Shown here in pieces: positions 19,352 through 30,439 of a stretch of DNA of 64,000 nucleotides (the first letter of the stretch is position 1; each line of letters opens with the position of its first letter). This DNA is from an uncultured bacterium (GTDB taxonomy: Bacteria > Patescibacteriota > JACMRA01). A program made the translations under genes and the position numbers. The DNA lies in assembly GCA_963784355.1 (NCBI GenBank), contig CAWAQU010000009.1, positions 64,001 through 128,000 on the forward strand, given 5' to 3'. Below the pieces are notes generated by a model. It had not been told where the DNA came from and did no database searches. It was given only the letters and a program-made list of their open reading frames with translations.

Positions 19352-20119
19352 ATGACAACAAAAATAAAGCCAGATTATAAAGAATACACAGATCCAAAGA
19401 TGGCTTCAATGTATGACTTTCATAATCAGCACTATCCTTTGGAAAAACAATTCTATTTTGAGTTTGCCAGTGAAATTAAAGCTAAAAAAATTATAGATTT
19501 GGGTTGTGGAACTGGATTACTTACAATTCCTTTGTCTGAATTTGGATATGAAATGATAGGGGTAGAACCTGCTAAATCAATGCTAGATATCGCTAAACAA
19601 AATCCGAACTCAAATAAGGTAAAATGGATAAATGGTGACGCACTTGATCTATCGGAAGAAAATGTGGACTTAACAATTATGACTGCTCATGTTGCACAAT
19701 TTCTATTAGATGATGAATATTTCTTTGATTGCTTAAAATCTATTAATAAATCTTTAAAAAATGGTGGATATTTAGTTTTTGATAGTAGAAATACTTTTAA
19801 ATCGGTTGATGAACTAGGTTGGCCAACAAAAAATAACCCTAAGGAAAGTTATGATCCTATAAATGGAAAAATGCAGTGGTGGGTAAATATTTTACAGGTA
19901 AACGGCAATAGAGTCATCTATGAGATTCATACAATGATTATTGAGACCCAAAAGTTGTTAATATCTATAAATGAATTAATTTTTAGAACCAAAGAAGAAA
20001 TAACTAACTTTCTTTTACAATCAAATTTTGTAGTAGAAAAAGTTTATGGAGATTGGGATAAGCAAGATGTGAAAGAAAGTTCTCCTGAATTCATTTTTAT
20101 AGCCAAAAAGTCTGTTTAA
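19352..20119 (+). CDS. Class I SAM-dependent methyltransferase
   Basis: IDLGCGTG, GVEPAKSML, LKNGGYLVFD. Confidence 0.9.
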   Translation: MTTKIKPDYKEYTDPKMASMYDFHNQHYPLEKQFYFEFASEIKAKKIIDLGCGTGLLTIPLSEFGYEMIGVEPAKSMLDIAKQNPNSNKVKWINGDALDLSEENVDLTIMTAHVAQFLLDDEYFFDCLKSINKSLKNGGYLVFDSRNTFKSVDELGWPTKNNPKESYDPINGKMQWWVNILQVNGNRVIYEIHTMIIETQKLLISINELIFRTKEEITNFLLQSNFVVEKVYGDWDKQDVKESSPEFIFIAKKSV

Positions 20120-20211
20120 ATAGACAGTAATGGTGCTGTACCAGAAATTGAAGGTATTTGATACTCCACCTCTACATTTATCCCACTCAGTACTTGAAAC
20201 CTAAATGTAAT

Positions 20212-22140
20212 CTACTTCACTACAGTTTCATCGTAGGACTCTAAAATGTCTCCTACCTGTACTTTACCTTTACCTGTCACAGAAACTCCAAATTGCTGGC
20301 TTATATTTACTTCACTGGACTTAGATTTATTACGTTGAAGTTCTTGGATTTCTAGTTTACCTATCTCTTCATCGTTTCTAATCAATTTTAGATTCTTATT
20401 TGAAAAGATCTTACCTTCTTTCACCTCGGCTCCAAGTACTTGAATAGTCGGTTTTTCACTCTTGAAAATAGCCAGCACTTCAGCCCTACCCAAAACTTGT
20501 GTTTTGATTTCATGTTTAACATTTTTCAAGATAGTCTCTTCTACCCATTCTAATAATTCATAGATTACATCGCTTTGAACTAACCCGATCCCGGTGGTTT
20601 TTAAAGAATATGTAGCCTTAGGACTTATTTTGGTATGAAAAGCAAGAATTGTAGAATTGGTTGTCTTAGCAAACTCAACATCATTTTCATTTATTTCTCC
20701 AACAGACTCAGCTTTTATATTAATCTTGACTTTTTCCTGAGGAATTTTGATAATACTCTCTTTTAAAGCCTCTAAAGATCCTAATACGTCTGCTTTTAGC
20801 ATCAAATTGATCTCTGCATCATCTCCGGAAGTAGAGCCCCCTAAAATGAGTGTTTTCTTATTCAGCTTTTTAGCTTTTTCAATACTTGCTGATACTTGAG
20901 CTTCTTTTTGACTAGGATATACTAATACAGCTTCACCTATATCACAGACCTCTGGTAATCCGACTAACATTACAGGCTCACTGATTTCAGCTACTTGTAT
21001 ATTTTTACCTTCGCTATTCTCCATTTTTCTAACCTTGCCTACATACTCAGAACATCTTATATAATCACCTACTTTAATTGTATCTTTGGTAACAAGAATT
21101 GAGGCTACTACTCCTAGCTGCCTGTCTAAGTGACTTTCGATTATGATACCTTGACCTTTACAATTTATCTGGCCCTTTAAATCAGCTACTTCAGCATGCA
21201 ATAAAATGGTATCAAGTAATTTGTCGATATTAAGGTTATTTCTAGCTGAAATAGGTATAAATGGGGTATCTCCACCCCAATCTTCCGGAACTAATCCAAA
21301 ACCTGCAATATCTTGTTTTACCCTTTCGATATCACTTTCAGGTAAATCTATTTTATTTATAGCCACAATTACTGAGCTTTTGCTAAGCTTTGCTCTTTCA
21401 ATTACTTCTACTGTTTGAGGTTTTGGTCCTTCTACTGCAGAAACTACCAAGATTATGAAATCGGCTAATTGACTACCTCTAGCTCTCATAGCTGTAAAAG
21501 CTGAATGCCCCGGGGTATCTACAAAAGTAATTTTTTCGTTTTTGTAAGTAATTTGGTAGCTGGAAATATGTTGAGTAATGGCTCCTGCTTCTGTGGCTAC
21601 TACATTTGTTTTCCTGATTGTATCTAGTAAAGTGGTCTTCCCATGATCTACATGTCCCATTATAGTAACTACTGGAGATCTGTGTACATAAGCCTTTTCA
21701 ATTCCTGGAGTATCATCATATTCAACATTTTTTATAAGTTGTAGATCCTGGCTGTTACCCCTATCAAACATTTCAGGGTTCTCCGGAAAAACTTCCACTT
21801 TTAATTCTTCTGCAATCAACGAAGCAGTATCATAATCAATCTTCTCGTTCAAAGTAGCCATTATACCATTCAATAGAAGGGTTTTAACTACACTACCTAC
21901 AGGTCTCCCTATTGCTTCTGCAAACTCATTTACTGTAAGACTGTTAGGTAAATAAATTTTATCGTCATTTTGCAGCTTTGATAGCTTATCAGGTTTTAAG
22001 ACTTTGGTGATTTCTACAGCTGAATTGTAAGGAATACGTGTATTTCGGCCTGAAAATCCATAAATTTCTTTCTTGGTACCAGTTTCTCTTAGTTCATTTA
22101 TACTAACTCCAAGAATTTTGGCTAAGGTGGATATATTCAT
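20212..22140 (-). CDS. infB: Translation initiation factor IF-2
   Basis: GHVDHGKTT, DTPGH, NKID, KADVLGSLEAL. Confidence 0.97.
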   Translation of the reverse strand: MNISTLAKILGVSINELRETGTKKEIYGFSGRNTRIPYNSAVEITKVLKPDKLSKLQNDDKIYLPNSLTVNEFAEAIGRPVGSVVKTLLLNGIMATLNEKIDYDTASLIAEELKVEVFPENPEMFDRGNSQDLQLIKNVEYDDTPGIEKAYVHRSPVVTIMGHVDHGKTTLLDTIRKTNVVATEAGAITQHISSYQITYKNEKITFVDTPGHSAFTAMRARGSQLADFIILVVSAVEGPKPQTVEVIERAKLSKSSVIVAINKIDLPESDIERVKQDIAGFGLVPEDWGGDTPFIPISARNNLNIDKLLDTILLHAEVADLKGQINCKGQGIIIESHLDRQLGVVASILVTKDTIKVGDYIRCSEYVGKVRKMENSEGKNIQVAEISEPVMLVGLPEVCDIGEAVLVYPSQKEAQVSASIEKAKKLNKKTLILGGSTSGDDAEINLMLKADVLGSLEALKESIIKIPQEKVKINIKAESVGEINENDVEFAKTTNSTILAFHTKISPKATYSLKTTGIGLVQSDVIYELLEWVEETILKNVKHEIKTQVLGRAEVLAIFKSEKPTIQVLGAEVKEGKIFSNKNLKLIRNDEEIGKLEIQELQRNKSKSSEVNISQQFGVSVTGKGKVQVGDILESYDETVVK

Positions 22141-22250
22141 ATATAATCAAATATACCCTGAAAATTAATAAAATGTCAATTTAATTGAGCTAAAACCTGA
22201 GGCTGTATATAACTTATTAGAGCTATCTCATTAGTTTAGTTCAAAATTCT

Positions 22251-22688
22251 TTATTGTTGAGTAGTGTCTTTTAAATATTCTGCTTGTACTTTACTAAGAA
22301 TAGCGTGGACTAATGCTACATTTTGACCTCCAATATGGTCCTCACTTAAGCGTATGTACTTTGTAATTATAGTGTCTAAAGCTGGTTGAGGGTCTGTGGA
22401 TGATAGTTCTTCAATTTCTAGTATATAGGTGTAGAGACAAGCTTTTACAACAGCAAAAGTTTTATCCCAGTCTTTTAAATAAGTTTTTAAAGTATCAGTA
22501 TATTCTGCCTTTTTATCAAAAAATCTTGCTATAACTAAAGTTAGCTTGTCTTTATCAGGTTTTTCTTCATCCTTCAAATTTTCTAGAATTACATCTAAGT
22601 TAAATTCTTCTGATCCTGTAGTTTCGTTCCAAAAAAGTACTTGGTATAAAGCAGCAAAAACTGAATATCTAAAACTTTTTTCCCACAC
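22251..22688 (-). CDS. nusB: NusB-like antitermination protein (divergent)
   Basis: R..VFAALYQ N-terminus, W-D core, LVHAILSK resembling FVNGVL; follows rpmF as in many CPR. Confidence 0.6.
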   Translation of the reverse strand: MWEKSFRYSVFAALYQVLFWNETTGSEEFNLDVILENLKDEEKPDKDKLTLVIARFFDKKAEYTDTLKTYLKDWDKTFAVVKACLYTYILEIEELSSTDPQPALDTIITKYIRLSEDHIGGQNVALVHAILSKVQAEYLKDTTQQ

Positions 22689-22692
22689 AAGA

Positions 22693-22878
22693 CTAAATTA
22701 GTTTAGCTAAAACCTTTTTTCCTTTATAGAAGCCACATACACCACATACTCTGTGGGCCATGACTCTGTTGTTGCAGTTGGAGCAAATAGCAGGTTGAAC
22801 TAGAGAAAACTTACCATGTTTATGGTTTCTTCTTTCACCTTGTCTTCTTTTTGTAATGCGTCTTTTTGGTACAGCCAT
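22693..22878 (-). CDS. rpmF: 50S ribosomal protein L32
   Basis: MAVPKRR, CSNC...HRVCGVCGFYKG. Confidence 0.96.
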   Translation of the reverse strand: MAVPKRRITKRRQGERRNHKHGKFSLVQPAICSNCNNRVMAHRVCGVCGFYKGKKVLAKLI

Positions 22879-22879
22879 A

Positions 22880-23437
22880 TTATTTTAATTTGATTACTGA
22901 TGTATATGATAAGAGATCGTGAATAGTTTGATTTTTTTCTGTTAGAAGCGCTGTCATTGAATCAATTATTAAGATTAGCATGAGAATTAAGTTTATGTAA
23001 TTCAGATCTATTAGGTTAATAGTAGAGTTGATTTGTAAGCTAGCTATAGTTAAAATCAAAACTGATTCTCTGGCAAATGATTGTAAAAAATTGATTTGTT
23101 TTCCTTTTTGATTTATTACCTTGAGCTTCAAAAATATTTTTCCTATAGTACCATGTAGTTTTGTAATTGGTAATATAGAAAAATAAATGAAAAGTAGGCT
23201 TATGGATATTGTTAAATTAATTTTTGTATCAGGGCCTATAAAATTTGTTATTATATAATATAAACAAAAGTATATTCCCAAATCAATCATTTTTGCAAAA
23301 AGTCTTTTTTCTACTACATCTAAACTATTTTTGTTATTTTCCGGAGTAGGACTAGCTAAAATTACCTTTGGTTCAGAATTGATAATTTTGGCTAATTCGT
23401 CTTCATCTATGGGCTTTTTCAAGACCTCCTCCGCCAT
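22880..23437 (-). CDS. RDD family membrane protein
   Basis: KRLFAKMID, TIGK..LKLKV, QTIHDLL. Confidence 0.85.
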   Translation of the reverse strand: MAEEVLKKPIDEDELAKIINSEPKVILASPTPENNKNSLDVVEKRLFAKMIDLGIYFCLYYIITNFIGPDTKINLTISISLLFIYFSILPITKLHGTIGKIFLKLKVINQKGKQINFLQSFARESVLILTIASLQINSTINLIDLNYINLILMLILIIDSMTALLTEKNQTIHDLLSYTSVIKLK

Positions 23438-23447
23438 AATATTAAAT

Positions 23448-23735
23448 TTAGTTAGATTCTTCTGCGACGACTTCTAAAAATGTTCTAGTTTGTAAATTTG
23501 AATTGAAAGCAACAACCTTTTTCTTTATAAATCTGACAGTTCCGTCAATTAAAGAAATAAGAGTGTCGTCACTTGTCCTTTTTACATTTTTGCCTGCATG
23601 AAATTTTGTACCTCTCTGCCTTATTAAAATGTTTCCGGCTTGAACTTTCTCACTTCCAAACTTTTTTACACCCAATCTTTTTGATACTGAATCACGATTA
23701 TTTTTTACCGAGCCTCCTGCTTTTTTATGTGCCAT
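23448..23735 (-). CDS. rpmA: 50S ribosomal protein L27
   Basis: [27 protein letters not shown]. Confidence 0.97.
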   Translation of the reverse strand: MAHKKAGGSVKNNRDSVSKRLGVKKFGSEKVQAGNILIRQRGTKFHAGKNVKRTSDDTLISLIDGTVRFIKKKVVAFNSNLQTRTFLEVVAEESN

Positions 23736-23764
23736 AATATTTAATTAAAATGAATTATAAGATA

Positions 23765-24163
23765 TTAACGTTTACTCCACTGCTCTCTCTTTCTAGCTTT
23801 TCTAAGTCCAGGTCTCTTAGGTAAAACTTTCCTAATATCTGTGCTTAAATAGCCAAAAGATCTGAGTACAGGTCTAAAACCTTCATCTTGAACTAGTAAT
23901 GCTTTGGATATAGCTAATCTGGCAGCTTCCGCTTGGCCCATAATACCTCCTCCGATCACAAAAATATCAATTTTACCGGTTCTAATACCAATATTTCCAA
24001 GACTTGTTAAGATGATTTGCTTATACATCTCCTGAAAATAATCAGTGATATTTTTCTTGTTTACATTTATCTCTAAGTCATTTTGACCAGGATAATATTT
24101 AGCTCTTGCTGTTGCAGCTTTTCGCCTTCCTACGCCATAGTAGTATTTGGTGACAGTACTCAT
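23765..24163 (-). CDS. rpsI: 30S ribosomal protein S9
   Basis: GRRKAATAR, GGGIMGQAEA, KARKREQWSKR. Confidence 0.96.
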   Translation of the reverse strand: MSTVTKYYYGVGRRKAATARAKYYPGQNDLEINVNKKNITDYFQEMYKQIILTSLGNIGIRTGKIDIFVIGGGIMGQAEAARLAISKALLVQDEGFRPVLRSFGYLSTDIRKVLPKRPGLRKARKREQWSKR

Positions 24164-24328
24164 ATTAGTTAACAATGTTTGAATTTTAGACAGAAGAAGA
24201 TGCTTTTGTCAAGCGGGCTTCAGCTTTCGTATCAGTATTTTTATATTTCATTCCTGTATAATAATATTGGGAGAGTAGATTTTTGATTTTAATTTAAGAT
24301 TTTAAGAAAAACAAAATCCATTATCTAA

Positions 24329-26935
24329 TTAACTAGAACATGCCTCGCAGCCTTCTTCCAAATTACAAACCATACCGTTTGCTAGTATTTTAATGGGCTG
24401 TACTTCTGCGACTGTTGCTAATTTCTCTTCCTTTATTTCAATCTTTAGCTCTGGTTTTTGGTTGGATGAAGTAAATGATCCACCTAATTCTTTTTTAGCA
24501 TTGCTTGCGGTTTCAGTGTGCATGTAGTAAGAAATACTTTTTAATCCCTTTTTCCAAGCATATACAACTTTTTGAGTGAAAGCAGTTGGTCCTGCCTCTT
24601 CATATTTGGTATAGTGATTGAAACTACCTGACTGAGATACAAAAGCACTTCTATCAGCCATCATATCAATTAATTGCTTCCAGTCAAGTTCATATACAGT
24701 TTGATAGCGATCACGTATATCTGCAGGAATGTCCATAATACCTTGAATACTTCCTTCCAAAGTCAAGATTTTATCATACATTTCCTGATTCCACAAATTC
24801 AATTCCTGTAATTCTTCCACAAGGTATTTGTTTACAACTTGAATTGAGCCACCAATGTATTGTCTGACATAAATATTTCTAGTGAAAGGTTCGTGCATTT
24901 CGTTTTGGGCCATGCGAATAGAAGCGTTAGCTGTTGGGGCAATTGCAGTAACTTCTGAATTACGCACTCCATATTTTGCAACTAGATCTTTTAATTCGTT
25001 CCAGGGATTATTCCCAAATTCTGCTAATAGAGGTAGATCGTTGTTATTTAAGAATGTTGCACTATCTTCAATATTCCACATATTATGTTGAAAAATACCT
25101 TTACTTACTGGGCTACCTTCAAATCCATCATACGCTCCCTCAACTTTAGCTAGCTCCATACTTTCCCACATGCAGCCAAAATAAATACACTCATAAATTT
25201 TTTTATTGATCTCTTTAGCTTTATCTGAGATAAAACTGATTCGCAGCAAATGAAATAGATCAGCTAATCCCTGACAACCAACTCCGATTGCTCTTCTTTT
25301 AAGACAAGAATTTCTAGTCTCAGGGGTAGGGTAAAACTGAAGATCGATAACTTGGTTTAAATGTCTGGTTGCCATGCGGGCCACATTGATAATTTTTTCG
25401 TAATCAATTTTATCAGGTTTTGTGGGATCAAAGTAGCGCGAAATACAGATTGAAGAAAGTACACAAACTGCAGTTTCATCTTCATTAGCTACAAGAGCAA
25501 TCTCAGTACAGACATTAGAGCTTTTCACAGTTCCAATATTTTGCTGGTTGCTCTTTAAATTCATAGCATCTTTGCTGACAATGTAAGGCACACCTACAGT
25601 TTGGAATAAATGACAGATTCTACCCCAGATTTCCATTAGTGGGACAGTTTTTCCAATACCTAAAGACTCCAGGTACTCATATTTTTCGTTAAATTCCTGG
25701 CCATAGTAGTCAGAAAGTGGTTTATCAAGATAATTGGATACAATTGCAGGGTCAAATAGCGTCCATTTAGCCTCAGCCTTATCATTAGTTAGTCTTTCAA
25801 AAAATAAATCATTGGCCCACAGTGCGTAAAATAAATTTTTACAACGTTTTTCCTCAATTGTAAAATGATTTGCTGCATCTAAAAATTCCAAAATGTCCGC
25901 ATGCCAAGGCTCAAGATAGATAGTACAAACTCCAGCTCTTTTACCACTCTGATTTACAGCACTGATAGCTGCATCAAACATTTTCATGAATGGCAGAATT
26001 CCATTGCTTTTTCCGTTGCTACTTCTAATTGTGCTTCCATCAGATCTAATTTCGTGAAAGGCCACTGCAGTTCCTGCGCCACCTTGAGATTGTTTTGCAA
26101 GTTGGGTAAGAGCTTTCATGATACCTCCGACTTTTCCGGTAACGGGATATTCTTCACCAGTCAGCGAATCTGAGCAATATTCAAGGAAACAGCTTGCCAT
26201 CTGGTTTTTTTCAGAACCTGCATGCATTATAATTGGTCCGGGTAAAGAAAGTTCACGCTTAGATAAAATTTCGTAGTAAGCTTGGATATTTTTTAGTCTC
26301 TGCTCGTCGTCCATGCCTTTAAGATGTTTAAAATCAGGCCTCCAGCCGGAATGCTTTTCAAACTCATCCATTTCTTTTTCACTTCTATCCTGAAATACGT
26401 TTAGCCCTAATGATACTCTTAAGAACATTTGACTAGGTACCTCAGCAGTTTGATTATCAATTGTTTCCAAGCCTCTTCTCATCATTCCGGTCAATGCAAA
26501 ATAATCATAATCCTCGAAATCTCTTTCGTAATTAATAATTGATTCAAGTTTAGCGGCATTTCTTTTAGCAAATTGATAAACTGCTTCTGATACTCTAGTG
26601 GACCTTTTACCATTCACTTGATGACTATACAATCTAGTTAAATTTTCGAAAAAAGTTTTATTTGGTATATCCAGAGTCTTATGTAATCTGCTCATCAAGA
26701 TTCTAGAACCTAAAATAGCGTAATCCGGATGACTACTAACCATATTGGCAGCAATTCTAGCAGAAAGCTCATCTAGCTCTTTAGTGCTGATGCCTTCCGC
26801 CATTCCCTGAATGGTTTTTTGGGCAATTATACCCGGGTCTACAACTTTATCCAAACCGTAGCTATATTTAGTGATCTTTTCTAAAATTTTGTTAAAATCT
26901 ACTGCTTCGATTCCGTTACTTGTTTTTACTTGCAT
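24329..26935 (-). CDS. nrdA: Class Ia ribonucleotide reductase alpha subunit with ATP cone
   Basis: SCF, EPWHAD, SNVCTEI, APTAN, YY, C-terminal CEACSS. Confidence 0.96.
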   Translation of the reverse strand: MQVKTSNGIEAVDFNKILEKITKYSYGLDKVVDPGIIAQKTIQGMAEGISTKELDELSARIAANMVSSHPDYAILGSRILMSRLHKTLDIPNKTFFENLTRLYSHQVNGKRSTRVSEAVYQFAKRNAAKLESIINYERDFEDYDYFALTGMMRRGLETIDNQTAEVPSQMFLRVSLGLNVFQDRSEKEMDEFEKHSGWRPDFKHLKGMDDEQRLKNIQAYYEILSKRELSLPGPIIMHAGSEKNQMASCFLEYCSDSLTGEEYPVTGKVGGIMKALTQLAKQSQGGAGTAVAFHEIRSDGSTIRSSNGKSNGILPFMKMFDAAISAVNQSGKRAGVCTIYLEPWHADILEFLDAANHFTIEEKRCKNLFYALWANDLFFERLTNDKAEAKWTLFDPAIVSNYLDKPLSDYYGQEFNEKYEYLESLGIGKTVPLMEIWGRICHLFQTVGVPYIVSKDAMNLKSNQQNIGTVKSSNVCTEIALVANEDETAVCVLSSICISRYFDPTKPDKIDYEKIINVARMATRHLNQVIDLQFYPTPETRNSCLKRRAIGVGCQGLADLFHLLRISFISDKAKEINKKIYECIYFGCMWESMELAKVEGAYDGFEGSPVSKGIFQHNMWNIEDSATFLNNNDLPLLAEFGNNPWNELKDLVAKYGVRNSEVTAIAPTANASIRMAQNEMHEPFTRNIYVRQYIGGSIQVVNKYLVEELQELNLWNQEMYDKILTLEGSIQGIMDIPADIRDRYQTVYELDWKQLIDMMADRSAFVSQSGSFNHYTKYEEAGPTAFTQKVVYAWKKGLKSISYYMHTETASNAKKELGGSFTSSNQKPELKIEIKEEKLATVAEVQPIKILANGMVCNLEEGCEACSS

Positions 26936-26948
26936 AATAGTTGATAAA

Positions 26949-27911
26949 TTAAAAGTTTATAGCACTAAAGTCCAAAGTTTTGGTCTCAGTTTGTCTTGCA
27001 TAATTTGTACGAGTTTTTTCAAAGAAGTTGTCTTTTCTTTTTTGCCCAATTGTAGTCATAAAATCAAAAGGCTGCTCTACATTAAACATTTTATCACAAC
27101 CAAGTGAAGTCAACCAAGCATCTGCAACAAACTCCAAGTACTGATTCATTAGTTCGTTATTCATACCGAAAAGTCTGTCCGGCAGGGCATGTCTAGTAAA
27201 TTCTTTTTCTAGCTCCAAAGCTGATACAATTATTTCTTTGATAGTTTCTTGGCTTAAATCATTGCAGTATTCTTTGTAGATGGTGCAGGCAAATTCGGCA
27301 TGCAAGCTTTCATCTCTAGAAATATATTCATTAGCTACACCTAGACTATTTGCTAAAATACCTCTATCTCGCAACCAAAATATTGCAGCAAAGGAACCTG
27401 CAAAAAAGATTCCTTCTACAGCTAGAAAAGCTACAAGTCGTTGGCTAAAAGGAGCGTCTTTATGCATCCATTTAAAACACCAGTCGGCTTTCTTTTTTAT
27501 AATAGGGTGGTTGTTGATAGCATCAAACAAATCTTCTCTCTCAGTATTGGATGTGATAAAGGTGTGGATAAGTTGTGAATAAACTTTACTATGCACTGCC
27601 TCCATCATACACTGGAAATAGTAAAAGTACCTTATTTCCGGAATTTGCACCTCCTGCAAAAAATTCATAGCAATATTTTCCCCTACAATACCGTCAGATG
27701 CAGCAAAAAAAGCCAAGATTTGTTTAATATATGATTGTTCTTGCTCATTTAGTTTTAACCAATCTCTACTATCGTGAGTTAAATTTATATCAGAGGCTAA
27801 CCATATATTAGCTTCCTGTTTATCACACATCTCTGTAATTACTTGATTTGCATCTTCAGTAAAAACCGTATACTTATTTTTGCCGGGTTTTAATAGTGTG
27901 GTGGTACTCAT
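26949..27911 (-). CDS. nrdB: Class Ia ribonucleotide reductase beta subunit
   Basis: FFAASDGIV, EAVHSKVY, EGIFF, RDESLH, NFFE. Confidence 0.96.
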   Translation of the reverse strand: MSTTTLLKPGKNKYTVFTEDANQVITEMCDKQEANIWLASDINLTHDSRDWLKLNEQEQSYIKQILAFFAASDGIVGENIAMNFLQEVQIPEIRYFYYFQCMMEAVHSKVYSQLIHTFITSNTEREDLFDAINNHPIIKKKADWCFKWMHKDAPFSQRLVAFLAVEGIFFAGSFAAIFWLRDRGILANSLGVANEYISRDESLHAEFACTIYKEYCNDLSQETIKEIIVSALELEKEFTRHALPDRLFGMNNELMNQYLEFVADAWLTSLGCDKMFNVEQPFDFMTTIGQKRKDNFFEKTRTNYARQTETKTLDFSAINF

Positions 27912-27934
27912 AATTATTAATTATTTAGTTTTAA

Positions 27935-28387
27935 TTAGTCTTTTGTTACTTCTTTAAGTAGTTTATTAAATTCATCTGCACTGGAAAAATTACCAAACAT
28001 AGCCCAATAACATATATAGGCAGCTTCGTCTACTTCTCTAAGGTTTTTTAGTACAATTCGTCCGATTCTGGTTGATTTTATAGGGTTTTTATCAACTTCA
28101 GTAATATTTTCAATTACTCTTTGTAGCAAGCTTGAGATTTTTTCATTATCTATTCTGCGCTTATTAAAAGCTTTTCTAATGCCTCTTTCCAATTTGTCTT
28201 CTGAGAAGAGCTCCACCTGTCCATTTTTCTTTTCAACGTATAAATCTAATATTTTCACTTCTTCTAATGTGCTAAAGCGGTATTCACATTCCTCACACTC
28301 TCTTCTACGTCTTGTTGTTCTGCCATTTTGGGTTACTCTAGTATCATATACTTTAGTGTTTTTATTGTGACATTTTGGGCAAATCAT
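27935..28387 (-). CDS. nrdR: Transcriptional repressor NrdR
   Basis: CPKC...RRRREC..C..RFSTLE plus ATP cone. Confidence 0.96.
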   Translation of the reverse strand: MICPKCHNKNTKVYDTRVTQNGRTTRRRRECEECEYRFSTLEEVKILDLYVEKKNGQVELFSEDKLERGIRKAFNKRRIDNEKISSLLQRVIENITEVDKNPIKSTRIGRIVLKNLREVDEAAYICYWAMFGNFSSADEFNKLLKEVTKD

Positions 28388-28432
28388 ATTTAAGCAAGTT
28401 TTAGCTCAAGTAGTGTTTGGGATGGGCGGAGA

Positions 28433-28465
28433 CCACTATATTTAGAAAAAATCTATATGTAGTAG
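28433..28465. promoter_or_regulatory. Two putative NrdR boxes upstream of nrdR-nrdB-nrdA
   Basis: CCACTATATTTAGAAA and AATCTATATGTAGTAG match the acaCwAtATaTwGtg core. Confidence 0.6.
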
Positions 28466-28602
28466 TATTAACAGTTCTCTAAGTACTACAGTAAGTAGTA
28501 AGAATAAGAATAGAGGAGTTGTCAAGTAATTTAATCAAATATAAAAATAGCCGATAAACGGCTTAAATACGGGATTATTCCAACTGTATCTTATCTAATT
28601 GA

Positions 28603-28887
28603 CTAGTTATTGGGTTTTGGTAATTCTACATTTGGAGGCTGAGGAGCTTCTGGTGCTTTAAAATCTTGCTCGTTTGACTTTTTGATTTCTGACTCAGTAC
28701 TTTTCTTTTCAGAAGACTGATTGGTTTCAGTTGTATTGTTATTAGTATTGGTTGTATTATTTATTTTAGGTTTAGTACTATTGTAAATAATTAATCCCGT
28801 TACAGCCAAAATTGCTACTGTAGCAACAATAATTGCCAGTTTAATTTTCTGATTGTAGGTGTAGCCCAGTATATTTTTTTGAGACAT
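28603..28887 (-). CDS. Small membrane-anchored low-complexity protein
   Basis: TM helix then Asn/Thr/Ser- and Pro-rich tail. Confidence 0.75.
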   Translation of the reverse strand: MSQKNILGYTYNQKIKLAIIVATVAILAVTGLIIYNSTKPKINNTTNTNNNTTETNQSSEKKSTESEIKKSNEQDFKAPEAPQPPNVELPKPNN

Positions 28888-28943
28888 GGTGATTTACATT
28901 TTTAAACTAAAAACTTAACTAATTGTCAACTAAGTTCTAAAAA

Positions 28944-30395
28944 TTATAGATTTAATTTAGGTCCAGCGCTTAAAATCAGATTGTACTCTTGAATTGCTTG
29001 GTTGATGCTATCAGACAAGGGTTGTTTTTCAAAATGAACTCTATACATCATTTGGCCCCACATTCTCTCGACTTTTTGGACATCAGGCTTGTAGTAGTTG
29101 TCTGCATAAAGACTGCCGGCAGCAAAAACTTTTAGATCATCATTACGCTTTAATTGTTCTTGGATAACATATTTATTTGCAGATGGTAAATTAGTATTGG
29201 CAGCAAAAGTGCTTTGCGCAGATTTGGTAGTTAAAAACTTTAAAAAATCTTCAGAAGCTTGTAATTTTTTCTGACTCACCGGATCTTTTGGGTTATTTTC
29301 TGCATTTGTAGCTAATTGTCTATTTAAACCATCCATAAAAAAGAATCCATAAGTTTTTTTAGCATCCTGATCGAGCTGTGGTAAATCAGTTATACCATAG
29401 TTTAACCTATTATTTCTTTGATTGATAGTATCTTTAAAATAGCTATAGTGGATTATATATGCAAGCTTTCCTTCTAAAAATGCCTCCACATTGCTTTTCT
29501 GACTATCATTCCAGCTATATCTATTGGTAGTGATGTCACTAAAATCTGAATAAAATTTAACTGCATTGTAAGTAGCGTTGTCATTACTTAAGTCACCTTG
29601 TAAATTTGATTTAATATCTGTTTTAGCAGAACCACTACCGAATATACTGGTACCAGTTTGATAGTCATATAGCTGGGCTCCATTTTGAAATATTAAGGTA
29701 GCAAGTATGTCCTGAAAGCGGTTTATGTTGCCGCCTTCAGATTTACTGTCAAAACCTGTTCCTAGAGAAATAGCACTTTGTTTGAAATTACCACTCAAGT
29801 CTTTTTTATTTAAGTAGCTTAATTGCTTATCCAAATCTTTCCACGAAGTTGGAGGTAAGGGTATGGAAGCTTGTGACAATAGATTTGTGTTGTAATATAG
29901 CTGCAAGTTATCTACATAGGAAGTTACTGCATAGACTTTATCTTTTACCATTGTATCTCTAACAGCCAAGGGTACAAAATCTCTTTTATATTGATTAAGT
30001 TCATTTTCGGTAAAGGAAGATATGGGAGTCATATACTTCTGGTAGGCAGGTAGATCATCATTCTTTAAAGTGAAAATATCTGGGCCGGAGTTGGAAGCAA
30101 TGTCGGTAATTAAATTTTTGTAATAGTCGTTGTTGTAATTTTTGTTTACTATGTTTATAGTTACGTTTTGATTTCCCGGAGTAGCTTTAAACTCGGTAAT
30201 AATATCTTTGTAAATACTTTCGTCATAAAAAGCTTGCCACCAGGTTAAAGTAACGGGAGTATTATTTACAGCCGCAACTTTGGGCTTAGTAGTATTATTT
30301 TGGGGAAAAGCAATCAGCGCTAGCAAAGCTATTAATAAAAACAAAATAAAACCACCACCAATCAGCAAAATCTTATTTTTAAAAATACCAGGCAT
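28944..30395 (-). CDS. Extracellular solute-binding protein family 1 (orphan)
   Basis: TM anchor, LTWW, GPDIF, LYYN, AFLEGK. Confidence 0.85.
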   Translation of the reverse strand: MPGIFKNKILLIGGGFILFLLIALLALIAFPQNNTTKPKVAAVNNTPVTLTWWQAFYDESIYKDIITEFKATPGNQNVTINIVNKNYNNDYYKNLITDIASNSGPDIFTLKNDDLPAYQKYMTPISSFTENELNQYKRDFVPLAVRDTMVKDKVYAVTSYVDNLQLYYNTNLLSQASIPLPPTSWKDLDKQLSYLNKKDLSGNFKQSAISLGTGFDSKSEGGNINRFQDILATLIFQNGAQLYDYQTGTSIFGSGSAKTDIKSNLQGDLSNDNATYNAVKFYSDFSDITTNRYSWNDSQKSNVEAFLEGKLAYIIHYSYFKDTINQRNNRLNYGITDLPQLDQDAKKTYGFFFMDGLNRQLATNAENNPKDPVSQKKLQASEDFLKFLTTKSAQSTFAANTNLPSANKYVIQEQLKRNDDLKVFAAGSLYADNYYKPDVQKVERMWGQMMYRVHFEKQPLSDSINQAIQEYNLILSAGPKLNL

Positions 30396-30439
30396 ATGTT
30401 TTTTGATTATACATAGTTTACTTCATTTTATTACCTATG

